A DNA stretch of 64,000 nucleotides from an uncultured Pseudomonadota bacterium (GTDB lineage Bacteria; Oederibacteriota; Muellerivitia; Muellerivitales; Muellerivitaceae), in the NCBI GenBank assembly GCA_963843375.1, contig CAWJKT010000004.1, positions 352,001 through 416,000 of the forward strand. Direction: 5' to 3'. Below the pieces are notes generated by a model. The model was not told the origin of the DNA. It worked only from the letters and a program-made list of their open reading frames with translations, and searched no databases. This document shows, one piece after another, positions 48,600-59,136 of this stretch (the stretch's first letter is position 1; every line of letters starts with the position of its first letter). The translations under genes were made by a program, and so were the position numbers.

Positions 48600-48774
48600 C
48601 GGCTTTTTTAAGCTGTTTTAAGCGGATAAATTAAAAATTATTTTAATTAAATGTGCTTATGCATGCCTTTCCGGGGCCCAAGTCGTTGTTGATTTAGCTT
48701 CTCTTGCCCTCTTATTATATCGTTCCTATTTTAATTTCCGATGCGATGCATTTTTGAAGAAAACGGAGAACGAC

Positions 48775-49935
48775 ATGAGCAACCTCAGCCAAGACCAGAT
48801 CAAGCGCTATACCCGCCATATCCTGCTTCCTGAAGTGGGTGTCACTGGACAAAAAAAGCTCCTCGACGCAAAAGTGCTGGTAGTGGGGGCGGGCGGGTTG
48901 GGCTGTCCCATTTCGCTTTATCTCGCCGCGGCGGGAGTGGGTACCATCGGCCTGGTGGATTTCGACACGGTGGATGCCAGTAACCTTCAACGCCAAATTC
49001 TTTTCACCACTGAGGACGTGGGCAAGCCCAAGGTGGAAGTGGCGGCCAAGCGCCTGAAGGCCCTGAACCCGGATGTCAAGGTCAATACCTACCAAGTGGC
49101 CCTGAAGAGCGACAACATCATGGATATCCTCAAAGACTATGACATTATTATCGACGGGACGGATAATTTTCCGACCCGTTACCTCACCAACGACGCCGCG
49201 GTACTTCAGAAGAAGCCCAACATTTATGGTTCCATTTTCCGTTTTGACGGGCAGGTGACGGTATTCAAGACCCCTGAGGGCCCCTGCTACCGCTGTCTTT
49301 ATCCCGAACCGCCCCCTCCGGGCGAAGTGCCTTCCTGCGCCGAAGGAGGCGTCATGGGAGCGATGGTGGGAACCATCGGGGCTATCCAGGCCACCGAGGC
49401 TATCAAGCTCATCACGGGGGCGGGCAAACCCGCCATCGGAAAGTTCGTCATTTACAACTCGCTGGATATGCAGTTTAGGAACCTTAAGTTGCATAAGGAC
49501 CCGTCCTGCCCCATTTGTGGGACCAACCCCACGATCAAGCAATTGATTGACTACGAGCAATTCTGCGGCATGAAGGTGGAGGAAACCCAGACGAAGCAGG
49601 TGACCGTGGGCAAAGACGAGATCGACGCGTTGGAACTGAAGGTGATGATGGACGAGAAGCAGGATTTCTTCCTTCTCGACGTCCGGGAGCCGAACGAGTT
49701 TGAAATCGCCCGTATTCCAGGGTCTACTCTCCTCCCACTATCCCAATTGCCCAACCGCTTCCATGAACTGGACAAGTACAAGGGAAAAGAAATCGTGGTG
49801 CATTGCAAGGGCGGCACCCGCAGCGCCAAGGCTATTAACTTCCTCAAACAGCAGGGTTTCGACCACCTAGTGAACGTCGCGGGAGGTATCCTGGGCTGGA
49901 GCGATCAGGTGGATTCGTCAGTTCCCAAGTATTGA
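48775..49935 (+). CDS. moeB: MoeB/MoeZ adenylyltransferase with C-terminal rhodanese domain
   Basis: RYTRH, GAGGLG, SNLQRQ, CYRC...PSCAEGG and CPIC motifs; rhodanese DVRE.NE...HCKGGTRS. Confidence 0.95.
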   Translation: MSNLSQDQIKRYTRHILLPEVGVTGQKKLLDAKVLVVGAGGLGCPISLYLAAAGVGTIGLVDFDTVDASNLQRQILFTTEDVGKPKVEVAAKRLKALNPDVKVNTYQVALKSDNIMDILKDYDIIIDGTDNFPTRYLTNDAAVLQKKPNIYGSIFRFDGQVTVFKTPEGPCYRCLYPEPPPPGEVPSCAEGGVMGAMVGTIGAIQATEAIKLITGAGKPAIGKFVIYNSLDMQFRNLKLHKDPSCPICGTNPTIKQLIDYEQFCGMKVEETQTKQVTVGKDEIDALELKVMMDEKQDFFLLDVREPNEFEIARIPGSTLLPLSQLPNRFHELDKYKGKEIVVHCKGGTRSAKAINFLKQQGFDHLVNVAGGILGWSDQVDSSVPKY

Positions 49936-50011
49936 AACTTAACCGTGAATAAAAGTCTTTTGGATTCATGAGGTTTTTTTAAATTCGCTTCTTCACCGTG
50001 AGAGGCCTTTA

Positions 50012-50638
50012 ATGTCTGATCCCATCAAAAAAGAAATCGGCGTGGCTCGGGTTGCCTTCGGCAACCGGTTCCAGGCATTTGTGGAATTCGAAAGCTCTGA
50101 AACCGACGTCCTTTCCCGAGAGCGGGACTCCATCCAGCTTTTTTCTCTGGCCCTGGTGCGCATCCTTTTCCTGTTGGGGGAAAACAAGCAGGCGCCGATG
50201 CTTCTGGAATATGTTCAAACCGCCATGGGTGACACAGTGACACCCAAGGGACTCCAGCGACCCACCATCCTGGGCCAGGGCCAGGGTTTGATGGAAAAAC
50301 TGCCTGAAAAGCTGGAGAAGCTTATGATTCTTAAACTTGTCCAGGAGGAAGAAAACCGGCTTGCGGAAATCACCCTGCCCCTGGGGGATGAGGGCCATTT
50401 TTATCCCGCCACCCTCATTTTCTACTTTCAATATCTTATCCGCAGTTTGACCGAAGCCTCCTTATTCTTCCTTATTCTGGTTTTGGGAGGAATGATGGAA
50501 TATTACGAGAAAATCGGGAAAACCAATGATCTCAAGGCCCTCGTCGACGGGCCAGCCTACGCTTTTTCCACCGCTATCCGGTACATCGAGGATGAGCGTC
50601 GCCGGAATCTACCGCCTTCCGCTCCTTCCGTTAACTAA
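50012..50638 (+). CDS. Hypothetical protein
   Basis: 208-aa ORF whose stop overlaps the galK start (TAATG). Confidence 0.6.
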   Translation: MSDPIKKEIGVARVAFGNRFQAFVEFESSETDVLSRERDSIQLFSLALVRILFLLGENKQAPMLLEYVQTAMGDTVTPKGLQRPTILGQGQGLMEKLPEKLEKLMILKLVQEEENRLAEITLPLGDEGHFYPATLIFYFQYLIRSLTEASLFFLILVLGGMMEYYEKIGKTNDLKALVDGPAYAFSTAIRYIEDERRRNLPPSAPSVN

Positions 50639-51822
50639 TGACCCTGCCCTTCGAGCAAGCCAAAGAAATTTTCTCCCAAACCTACACGGGCTCGCCGGAA
50701 TTAACGGTGACCGCCCCGGGGCGGGTCAACCTTATCGGCGAACACACCGATTATAATAATGGGTTCGTGCTTCCAATGGCGGTTAGCCGCGGCATTGCCA
50801 TCGCTGGACGCGAAAGGAAGGATTCCAAGATTTTGCTTTATTCCGCCGATTACCAGGAATCGGAAAACTTCTCCCTCGACTCCATCCGACCCGACTTCAG
50901 CCGGCCTTGGGCCAATTATTTCAAGGGGGTTGCTCTGATGATGAGGAAAAACGGACTTTCCTTGAGCGGGTGGGAAGCGGTGATCAAGGGCGACCTGCCC
51001 CAGGGGGCGGGGTTGAGTTCCTCAGCCGCTTTGGAAGTGGCGGGGGCGGTCTTCCTCCAAAAACTCTTCAACCTTGGCTTGGAGGATTTGGACTTGGTGC
51101 GCCTCGCCCAGCAGGCGGAAAACGAGTTCGTGGGAGTTCATTGCGGCATCATGGACCAGTTCGCTTCTTATATGGGGGGGAAAGATCACGCCCTTTTCCT
51201 GGATTGCCTGAGCCTGGAATATGACTGGGTGCCTTTGGGTCCTGAAATTAAAGTAGTGGTTTTCAACACGGGGGTTAAGCGAGAGCTTGCTTCCTCCGAA
51301 TACAACGAGCGCCGCCGGCAATGCCAGGAAGGGGTGAGACAATTCTCGGGTTTATTGCCCCACATCAAATCCCTGCGGGATGTTTCCCTTTGTGATTTTG
51401 AGAAATACCAGGACCGGTTGGACTCCGTCACGATGAAAAGATGCCGCCATGTCATTTCGGAAAACCAGAGGGTCTTGGAAACGGTGGAGGCCTTGAAGGC
51501 CAAAAATTTTGAGAGGGTTAAAACCCTGTTCCGGGAATCCCATGAGAGCCTGCGAGATGATTACGAAGTGAGTTGTCACGAACTGGATGTGCTGGTGGAA
51601 CTGGCCCAGGAACATCCACTTCAGAAAGGTTCCCGAATGACGGGTGGGGGGTTCGGAGGCTGCACGGTGCACCTGGTCCCTTCGGAAGAACAGGTTGTGG
51701 AAAACTTTATTTCCTTTGTGGCGGATGGCTACGAAAAGCGCATTGGCCAAAAGCCGGAAAGTTATATATTCACCCCCTCGGCGGGAGCCAAGTTTTTGAA
51801 TAATGCCGAGGTTAAAAAATGA
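50638..51822 (+). CDS. galK: Galactokinase
   Basis: APGRVNLIGEHTDYN, PQGAGLSSSAA, CGIMDQ and GSRMTGGGFGG motifs. Confidence 0.95.
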   Translation: MTLPFEQAKEIFSQTYTGSPELTVTAPGRVNLIGEHTDYNNGFVLPMAVSRGIAIAGRERKDSKILLYSADYQESENFSLDSIRPDFSRPWANYFKGVALMMRKNGLSLSGWEAVIKGDLPQGAGLSSSAALEVAGAVFLQKLFNLGLEDLDLVRLAQQAENEFVGVHCGIMDQFASYMGGKDHALFLDCLSLEYDWVPLGPEIKVVVFNTGVKRELASSEYNERRRQCQEGVRQFSGLLPHIKSLRDVSLCDFEKYQDRLDSVTMKRCRHVISENQRVLETVEALKAKNFERVKTLFRESHESLRDDYEVSCHELDVLVELAQEHPLQKGSRMTGGGFGGCTVHLVPSEEQVVENFISFVADGYEKRIGQKPESYIFTPSAGAKFLNNAEVKK

Positions 51823-52729
51823 GACCCACTTTACTGATCATGGCGGCGGGAATGGGCAGCCGCTACGGGGGTTTGAAGCAAATGGAGCCCATGGGCCCCA
51901 ATGGGTCCACCCTTTTGGATTATTCCGTGTACGACGCCATCCGGGCGGGATTTGGCAAGGTGGTTTTCGTTATCCGCCACGATATCGAGGCGGATTTCAA
52001 GAAAATCGTCGGGAAGAAATGGGAATCGAAAGTTCCCGTTCGGTATGTTTTCCAGGAATTGGCGATGGTGCCGGAGGATTTTAAAATTCCACAAGGACGC
52101 CAAAAACCGTGGGGTACCGGCCATGCGATTTGGGTTGCTCAGGGCGCTATTCAAGAGCCTTTTGCCGCCATCAACGCCGACGATTATTACGGGCGGAATT
52201 CTTTTAAGGTCATGGCCGGGTTTCTTAAAAAAATAAAGAAAAACAATATCTCCACCTATGGCATGGTGGGATTTCCATTAGGCAAAACCCTGTCCGAACA
52301 TGGGACGGTCGCCCGGGGGGTTTGCCGGATAGGGACTGGAAAGCAGTTGGAGGAAGTGGTGGAAAGAACCCATATCGCCCAAGAAGGCCGGAAGATTTTT
52401 TACCTGGATGAATCGGGGAAAAAGCGATCCTTGAAAAGAACCCAAATGGTTTCCATGAACATGTGGGGGTTTACACGCCGTTTCTCTTCCGGCAACTCGA
52501 CAAAAGGTTCGGAAGATTTTTAGAAGAAAAAGGACAAGACATCAAATCGGAATTCTTGATCCCCCGGGTGGTGGACGAGGCCATCGCCTCGCGGGAGGCT
52601 ACAGTGAAAGTGCTTTCCACGAAAGACCAGTGGTTCGGGGTGACCTATCCCCAGGACCGGGAAAGGGTCTATAAAAACATGGTGATGCTCGTCAACCGAA
52701 AGGTTTATCCGGCCATTCTATGGGAATAG
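51819..52729 (+). CDS. Sugar-phosphate nucleotidyltransferase, one frameshift near 52477
   Basis: MAAGMGSRYGGLKQ, KPWGTGHA, INADDYYG and SMNMWGFT; continues in ORF 52463 (SEFLIP, WFGVTY). Confidence 0.85.
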
Positions 52730-53569
52730 GTTGGAATTTAATTCCGACTCCGCAAGTTTTTCTTTTGCTTTTTTCACCTATTTCTGCATCGTTATTTAAA
52801 CGGATGGCCTTTCGATAATAAATTCCGCTTCTTTTCTTTTGCCCAATTCGACTAGGGTGTCCCCGATTCCGCACAGGGCTTGACTATCCTTGGGGTTCTT
52901 GAGGCTGGCGATCAGAAGGTATTTCAGGCTCCCGAGCTAAGTCCTTTTGACGGAAAAAATAAGTGGCGATCGAATTATAGGTATGAAGAGATGGTTCGGG
53001 TAAAAGGTGATGGAAAGTTTGGCCAAGCGATGAGCTTCTTCATCCCCTTCTTCCGTATGGAAGATCGAAGTAATGGGAAATATAACCTTGTAAAGTGCTC
53101 TGGAATAAGCTTGGAAGAACGCTTGGGAATTTTTGTCCGTTGATCCACCGAAGGTTCTCCAACCCTTATCCGCCGATTAAGTGTTTGAGCCAAGAAGACC
53201 ATATTGATCCTCGAAATCGCCTAAGTCCTGATAAAGCTGGGCTAAGTCGAAATCAACATCCAAACGCCAGGGATCTTAACTGAAGAGCGCTTTTCCAATA
53301 GGGAAAGGGCTTGCATGCAATCGTTGTTCGTCGGCTCCGGTTAAGCCCTTTAGCATAAAAATAATGCCCGTAGGCCACCAGCAATTCCATGTTGTTGGGA
53401 TCGGAAGCGATTCCAATCGTCCAAGGTCTTTTTCCATTCCTGAAAAGTCTTTTTGATCCATTTGATCATAAAATCTTTCCCGGTAATCCGAGTGGGCGAT
53501 AGAGGGAAAGACAAATAAAATCAGCAGCGTATTCGAAATCAGGAGGCTTTTTGAGCGCAGGGAGGCCAT
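52730..53569 (-). pseudogene. TPR-containing exported protein, heavily disrupted (pseudogene or error-rich sequence)
   Basis: Signal peptide (AHS|D) followed by TPR-like fragments in different frames (DPWRLDVDFDLAQLYQDLGDF; ALCGIGDTLVELGK; YYRKAIRLN). Boundaries are approximate. Confidence 0.5.
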
Positions 53570-53573
53570 TGGA

Positions 53574-54223
53574 TCAAAATTTCCGGGGGGTCTTTAACCG
53601 CAAATGGAAGCCTACCCCATCACGGATGGGAAGCATCGATGAAGCGAAGTTCTTATCCTTCCAAAATAAATTCGTGTATTCCAAGATGGCCTTTGTCGTG
53701 GCATCGGGGTTGGGTTGGGCCACTTTGCCCGACCACAAAAGGTTATCGGTGATCACGATATTCCCCGGTTGGGCCCGCTTGGCAATGGCCCGGTATGCGT
53801 CCGGATAGCCATCTTTATCGATATCGCAATAATAGATGTCGAACTTTCCCGGGGTTTTGTTGAGACTTTCGATAGCCTCGCCGGTGTGAAAGCGGACTTT
53901 TTTTAGTAGAGACCAGCTTTTTTAAAGATAGTGATAAGCCAGCTTGGTGTTCTCGGGGTCGCCGTCGGTATGGTGAACGATTCCAGCCGGCGGGCAGGGC
54001 CAGAGCGAACCAAATGGTCGAATAGCCGAAGCCAGAACCCAATTCAAAAATTTTTTTGGCTTTGGAAAGAACCGTGAGCTGGTATAAAACCCGCCCCACC
54101 TCGCAATTGACGATGGGAAATTGCCTGGATTCCCCATAGGCCTGCATTTCCTTGAGGATAGGATGGTCGATTTGGCCTAGTTCGATAGAGATACTTCTTA
54201 ATGGGTTCGTGAAAGATGGCCAT
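53574..54223 (-). CDS. Class I SAM-dependent O-methyltransferase (caffeoyl-CoA OMT/YrrM-like), several frameshifts
   Basis: FPIV..EVG, FELGSGFGYSTIW, CDIDKDGY, ITDNLLWSG and LPIRDG lie in successive frames; ATG at 54223. Confidence 0.8.
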
Positions 54224-54229
54224 GGTGGA

Positions 54230-54712
54230 TTAACCCCCGAAATCGCGAAATAGATAAAAAAAGTAAACCGTCCCGGAAACAATCACGACTAGATTAAAGA
54301 GGCTGGAAATGCCGTGGGCTTTGCCGAATTCCAGCGAAAGAGAGTCTGCTTTCGGTTGGTCCTTGGCTTCCTCCGCGGCTTGTCGCTGGATCCTAAGTTG
54401 CGATACCTTGGGTCCGATCCAGAGGCCCTGACCCAAGGAGAATAAGAGCATCAGGCATAATAAGGTTATTTTGGCACAGTCCTGAGGAACATAACTTTTC
54501 AGGGGATGGGTCAGGTGAAAGGTGACGACCAAAAGGGTTCCGCAGATGTAGCTGATCATGTAATAGACGGGGAAAAGGTGGCCTTGAACCTCTCCGAAGA
54601 GCGGGCGGGAGATGGTTTTGAATAGCACGGGAGCTTGGATAAAAGTGAAATAAAGCAGGGTCCCGTACCAGAAGGTGAAAGTGAAAAAATGAACGAAGCG
54701 CAAGACGGCCAT
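54230..54712 (-). CDS. DUF4149/TMEM205-like membrane protein
   Basis: APVLF..L...FG.VQ..LFP.Y and FGKAHGISS..N motifs; four TM helices. Confidence 0.85.
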   Translation of the reverse strand: MAVLRFVHFFTFTFWYGTLLYFTFIQAPVLFKTISRPLFGEVQGHLFPVYYMISYICGTLLVVTFHLTHPLKSYVPQDCAKITLLCLMLLFSLGQGLWIGPKVSQLRIQRQAAEEAKDQPKADSLSLEFGKAHGISSLFNLVVIVSGTVYFFYLFRDFGG

Positions 54713-54792
54713 AAATCCTCCCCGAAATAAGGCCCATTTTAGAGGCCTTTAACACCCGTTGCAACGAAGGCATCCCGTTATAATACGCCCCC

Positions 54793-55142
54793 ATGGAAAC
54801 CGTGAAGAAAGTAAAAATCCTATTTCCCAAAACAGGGGAGGCTTGCCAAGTAGACTATGACGACACCCTGGTCGATGCCACTTTCCGTTATGACCTCCCC
54901 ATCCGGTTACCGCTGTGAAAGGGCGGTTTGTACCACTTGTTTGGTGGAGGTTCTGGAGGGAAAGAAAATCTTTCGGAAGCGGAAGAACGGGAAAAGCAGA
55001 CCCTTACCGCTATTCGAGCGGAACCCCTCTGGCGTCTGGCCTGCCAGGTTTCAGTATATAGGGGATGTCAAAGCTGGACTATATCCCCATAACGGATCCC
55101 CGCCGCAAACCGAATTCAACCCAAGAATCGGATAAGGTTTAA
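54793..55142 (+). CDS. 2Fe-2S ferredoxin, frameshifted
   Basis: METVKKVKILFP...DTLVDA...LPI, then CERAVCTTC (C-x4-C-x2-C), VLEG.ENLS and RLACQ across frames. Confidence 0.75.
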
Positions 55143-55646
55143 ATTCTCGGTAATTGTTCTCATTAAATGTAGATATTCCTGAACGCCAGCCAGGATAGAT
55201 TTAACTTCTTCATCCGCAACTTGTCGAACAATTTTTCCGGGAACTCCCAATACTAAGGATCGAGAGGGAATTATGGCCCTTTCCAAAACCACAGCGCCGG
55301 CTCCGATAATGCATTCGTCCCCAATCACCGCACCAGTGAGGATAGTTGAGTTAATTCCAATCAGACAACGGTTGCCTATTGTGCAGGCATGCACGCAGGC
55401 CTTGTGGCCAACTACGCAGTCTTCCCCGATGATAGCGGGACAATGGGTGTCGGTGTGAAACACACAACCGTCCTGAATGTTGGTCCGGTTCCCAACTCGA
55501 ATACCCGCCATATCGCCCCGCAACACGGCCGAAGGCCAGAGGCTGACGTCATCGCCCAAAGTGACTTGGCCGATGACCGTTGCTGATTCGTGCAGGCGTA
55601 CGTTCTTCCCAAGGCTGGGTTTATGGTTTTGGTAAGGTTGGATCAT
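55116..55646 (-). CDS. Gamma carbonic anhydrase family protein (YrdA/PaaY-like)
   Basis: LRGD, TNIQDG..H and VGH...HAC motifs; hexapeptide repeats; GVPGK. Confidence 0.92.
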   Translation of the reverse strand: MIQPYQNHKPSLGKNVRLHESATVIGQVTLGDDVSLWPSAVLRGDMAGIRVGNRTNIQDGCVFHTDTHCPAIIGEDCVVGHKACVHACTIGNRCLIGINSTILTGAVIGDECIIGAGAVVLERAIIPSRSLVLGVPGKIVRQVADEEVKSILAGVQEYLHLMRTITENLNLIRFLG

Positions 55647-56078
55647 TCGCGAGATCTTTTCCCAGGAACATAAGTTACTTCGAGCTTAATTCTATCAGGG
55701 CCCTCAAAATAAACCGCGTAATAATTTTTGTGATACTCAGGGAAATGACGGGGACTATCGTAAAGAATTTTGATATTTCTTTTTTTAAGGAAATCGCGGC
55801 TGAATTTTCGGACGGATTCCCGGGAGGACGATACCAAAGGAAATGTGATTAAGACCAGGCGACTTGCGATGGAATTTTCTTTTGGCGTGTATTTTTTCCG
55901 ATTGAATAATCCAAAAATCGGTCGTTCCGTTACTTGCTCCGATATGTTCCGGACTTTCATCAATCATGCGGTAGCCCAGGTATGAAAAAAACGCCCTGTA
56001 AAAAGGTAGGGCTTTGCCGGAGTCGGATACGTTAATTTGAATGTGGTAAACCGACGTCGGGGGTGTTCCAGGGCTCAA
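55643..56078 (-). CDS. VOC/glyoxalase family protein, one frameshift near 55835
   Basis: HIQINVSD...FY and PGLNHISF, then YYAVYFEGPDRIKLE in ORF 55643. Confidence 0.8.
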
Positions 56079-56527
56079 ATATTTTCCAGGACTTCTTGGA
56101 TATGGCCTTTCACGCTAACGGGAGACCAAAGCTTTTTCACCCTGCCGGTTTTGTCAATAATGAGTGTGGTTCGCACGATCCCCATGAATTCACGGCCCAT
56201 GAACTTTTTTTTCTGCCAGACGCCATAGTCCTTCAGCATTTTTTTGCTTTCATCGGATAAAAGCGTAAAGGGAAGTTTATATTTCTCCTTAAAGGATCCG
56301 TGTTTTTTGACCGGGTCGGCGCTGACACCCAGTACGACCGCTCCTTTTTTTTTCACCGTGTTCCAGTTGTCCCGGAAATCACAGGCTTCCTGAGTGCAGC
56401 CGGGTGTCATGTCTTTCGGGTAAAAATACAGAACAACCGTTTTTCCCTTGAAATCCGCAAGTGACACCTTTTGACCTTGGTCGTCGTCCAATGAAAAGAG
56501 AGGAGCTTTTTGGCCTTCCTTGATCAT
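56075..56527 (-). CDS. bcp: Thioredoxin-dependent thiol peroxidase (Bcp/PrxQ)
   Basis: VLYFYPKDMTPGCTQEACDF motif; start at ATG 56527 (MIKEG). Confidence 0.95.
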   Translation of the reverse strand: MIKEGQKAPLFSLDDDQGQKVSLADFKGKTVVLYFYPKDMTPGCTQEACDFRDNWNTVKKKGAVVLGVSADPVKKHGSFKEKYKLPFTLLSDESKKMLKDYGVWQKKKFMGREFMGIVRTTLIIDKTGRVKKLWSPVSVKGHIQEVLENI

Positions 56528-56875
56528 GTTTCGTCTCCAATCGAAATTTAGTGTCGCCATCATTAGGGACGGTTCTTTTGAAAGCAAGCCTGGGAAAGGT
56601 TGGGTTATCCTTCAAAAAAGGTCATTTTCAAGGTAAAATTTGTGTAAAAATTGACACGAGTGAGACAAAAATGGCCTATTTTAAAAGTTCCTTGATTTTT
56701 CGTTTAACCCGAATTGCTCAAAATCACTTAAATTTTGGTGTTTTTTAAAAGTTTTGAATTTTTGCTGTAACCTTTAAGGTACAAGAGGTATATACTCAGC
56801 TGAACTGCTTTTAGCCAACAAGTCCTCATTTTTTCAACACAGCAAACGTAAGGCTAAAGCTCTTAAAAGGAGGGT

Positions 56876-57583
56876 GTGATGAACTTCTACTTCTCGTTAT
56901 TTCAACTCATTGAAACGGTAGAACGCTTGGAAAGGGATGTCCAACACTTGGCCAGCCGCGCTCTTCGGATCAGCCCCCGAGATGCTCGCGCCAACCGGGA
57001 GCTTTTGGATCAATGTGACAGCAAGATGGGAGAGGTCCGAGTTTTGCTCAACAACAAAACCCACATCAGCAAAATCACACTCCGCAAAGCCGCTATTCTT
57101 TTCCAACTTCTCGAGGTTTTTTATCACCGGGTCCTCCATTTGTCGGCCGCTACCTCGAACATCGGGCAGGATGACGAGAACTCGGTCAAGGCCGTTTGGC
57201 AGATGCTATCCCTGGCCCAAGGGCATTACCAGAATTTGGTGAAAACTCTTTTTGAACTCACTGGAATTCCCGTTACTCTCACCTTGAACGGCTCGCAAGA
57301 ACCATCCGTTCATGAACTTTCTGCCATTCTTCAAAAGGAGGGTTCTTATCAACTGGAGTCCTTGAAGCTTTTGGAAAAAGCGATTGAAGTTTTCGGTGAG
57401 GAACAGGAGTTGGCGGATCAGCTTACCCAAGTTCGTAAAGACTTGTTGGAAATCAAAAAACGAATGAAACATTTTTCAAACGGCCAACCAGTCGAAAAAC
57501 ACGATTTCTCAAAAGTGGAGAAGTCGATCGAAAAACCGGTTTCCCCGTTGCCGGTTTCAACCCCGACGCTTTCTAAAAATTAA
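56876..57583 (+). CDS. Hypothetical helical/coiled-coil protein
   Basis: 235-aa ORF with AAGGAGG SD, Leu/Glu-rich. Confidence 0.65.
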   Translation: MMNFYFSLFQLIETVERLERDVQHLASRALRISPRDARANRELLDQCDSKMGEVRVLLNNKTHISKITLRKAAILFQLLEVFYHRVLHLSAATSNIGQDDENSVKAVWQMLSLAQGHYQNLVKTLFELTGIPVTLTLNGSQEPSVHELSAILQKEGSYQLESLKLLEKAIEVFGEEQELADQLTQVRKDLLEIKKRMKHFSNGQPVEKHDFSKVEKSIEKPVSPLPVSTPTLSKN

Positions 57584-57646
57584 GGGGCAACGACTCACCG
57601 TGTCATTAAAGTTTTCGTTGAATCCCTACGGGCCCTGCTCCGCCCC

Positions 57647-58933
57647 GTGAGCCCCCGGCGGTACCGGCCCCCGGCCCTTTACATGAAGGCGCCATTCCTC
57701 CAGGAAGTCTTGGATGGAATGGTGGAATCCGTAAAAATCATCGACAATCACTATCGCCTGGTCTACGCCAACGAAACCTCGCGAAAAAATCTCGGTCAAG
57801 AACTGAATGAATTAAGGGGCCGCTCCTGCCACCAAGCTTTCTACGGGTTCAACGAAAAATGTTTTTTCTGCAACATGGGAAAGGTTTTCGAGAGGGGTCA
57901 ATCGGTGACCAGCTATTGCACCATTGCCACTCGCGGAACCAACCGCGACTTCGAGGTTTCGGTCTTTCCGCTTTATGGGACTAATGGAAAAATAGATTAT
58001 GCGGTTGAAATCGTGCGGGATATCACAGCCCTCTCCAAGGGCGCGGCCCTTCCTCAAAAAGCGGGGAAAATATCAAGCCGGGATAAAGCTTTCGGCATGG
58101 TTTTCGAGAATATGGCCCAGTGGGCGGAGGATGAAAGACCCGTTCTCTTGCAGGGTGAAAAGGGGACAGGCAAAAAATCTTTCGCTCAAGCGCTGCACCA
58201 TCGAAGCCCACGCTCGGGAGGCCCTTTCAGGGTTTTTCACTGTGTAGACAACTCCATCGGTGACGGTTGGGAGGGACTTTTCGGCGAGGACGGTGCCTGG
58301 GAAAAAGCCAGGGGTGGAACCCTCTACCTGGACGGTATCTGCCACCTGGGGGAAACCACCCAGAAAAAATTATCTGAGAATCTTTCCAGACCAGCCGACG
58401 AAAACAATCCCCGGGTGGTGGCCGCCACCTCCAAAGATATTCTTACCCTTGTCCATCAGGAAACTATTCGTGTGGACCTTTACAACCGATTCGCTTCCCG
58501 GGTCCTTAGGCTTCCCGCTTTGCGGGAACGAAAGCAGGATTTGCCCTTCCTAGCCCAGCATTTCATCGAGACCTACAAAGTTTTCACGGGTTCACCCGCG
58601 GAGAAACTGGGGCCGGACGCATTATGCCAATTGATGACCTATGCCTGGCCCGGAAATATCCGGGAATTGGAAACCCAGATCGAACGAGCTTGTTTAATGG
58701 CCTCAGGCTCCCAAATCGACCGCCTGGACCTTCCGGTTTGCGCTCCAACGGTGGAAAAATTGGACGACCTATTAGGCAGTACGGAGAAGGCATATTTAGT
58801 GGATGCATTGACGAAAACCCGCGGAGTCCTGGGCCAAACGGCAAAACACTCGGGGTTAAGCCTGAAAACCCTTCAACGAAAGATGAAAAAGTACGGATTG
58901 AAGGCCGAGGACTTTCGGAGCTTTCCAGAATAA
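57647..58933 (+). CDS. PAS-AAA+-Fis HTH transcriptional regulator (bEBP-like, degenerate)
   Basis: Cys-containing PAS, GEKGTGK, PALRER..D, YAWPGNIREL and a Fis-type HTH; no GAFTGA. The start may be ATG 57683. Confidence 0.85.
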   Translation: MSPRRYRPPALYMKAPFLQEVLDGMVESVKIIDNHYRLVYANETSRKNLGQELNELRGRSCHQAFYGFNEKCFFCNMGKVFERGQSVTSYCTIATRGTNRDFEVSVFPLYGTNGKIDYAVEIVRDITALSKGAALPQKAGKISSRDKAFGMVFENMAQWAEDERPVLLQGEKGTGKKSFAQALHHRSPRSGGPFRVFHCVDNSIGDGWEGLFGEDGAWEKARGGTLYLDGICHLGETTQKKLSENLSRPADENNPRVVAATSKDILTLVHQETIRVDLYNRFASRVLRLPALRERKQDLPFLAQHFIETYKVFTGSPAEKLGPDALCQLMTYAWPGNIRELETQIERACLMASGSQIDRLDLPVCAPTVEKLDDLLGSTEKAYLVDALTKTRGVLGQTAKHSGLSLKTLQRKMKKYGLKAEDFRSFPE

Positions 58934-59136
58934 ACTTCGCTTTTGATGGCGACCCTGGTTGTTGTAAAAAACCAAAACCGTTCTGCTCTTGCCAGGTTTT
59001 TAACTAATCCCCCTCGCAGATCTTGGTTCAAATTTCATAATATATCCTACATATTCTTGACGGCCTTTCGACAGCGTTTTAAACTGCCCACCGCATTAGC
59101 TATTTCACTTACAGGCCATTCACAAGGAGTTTTTCC

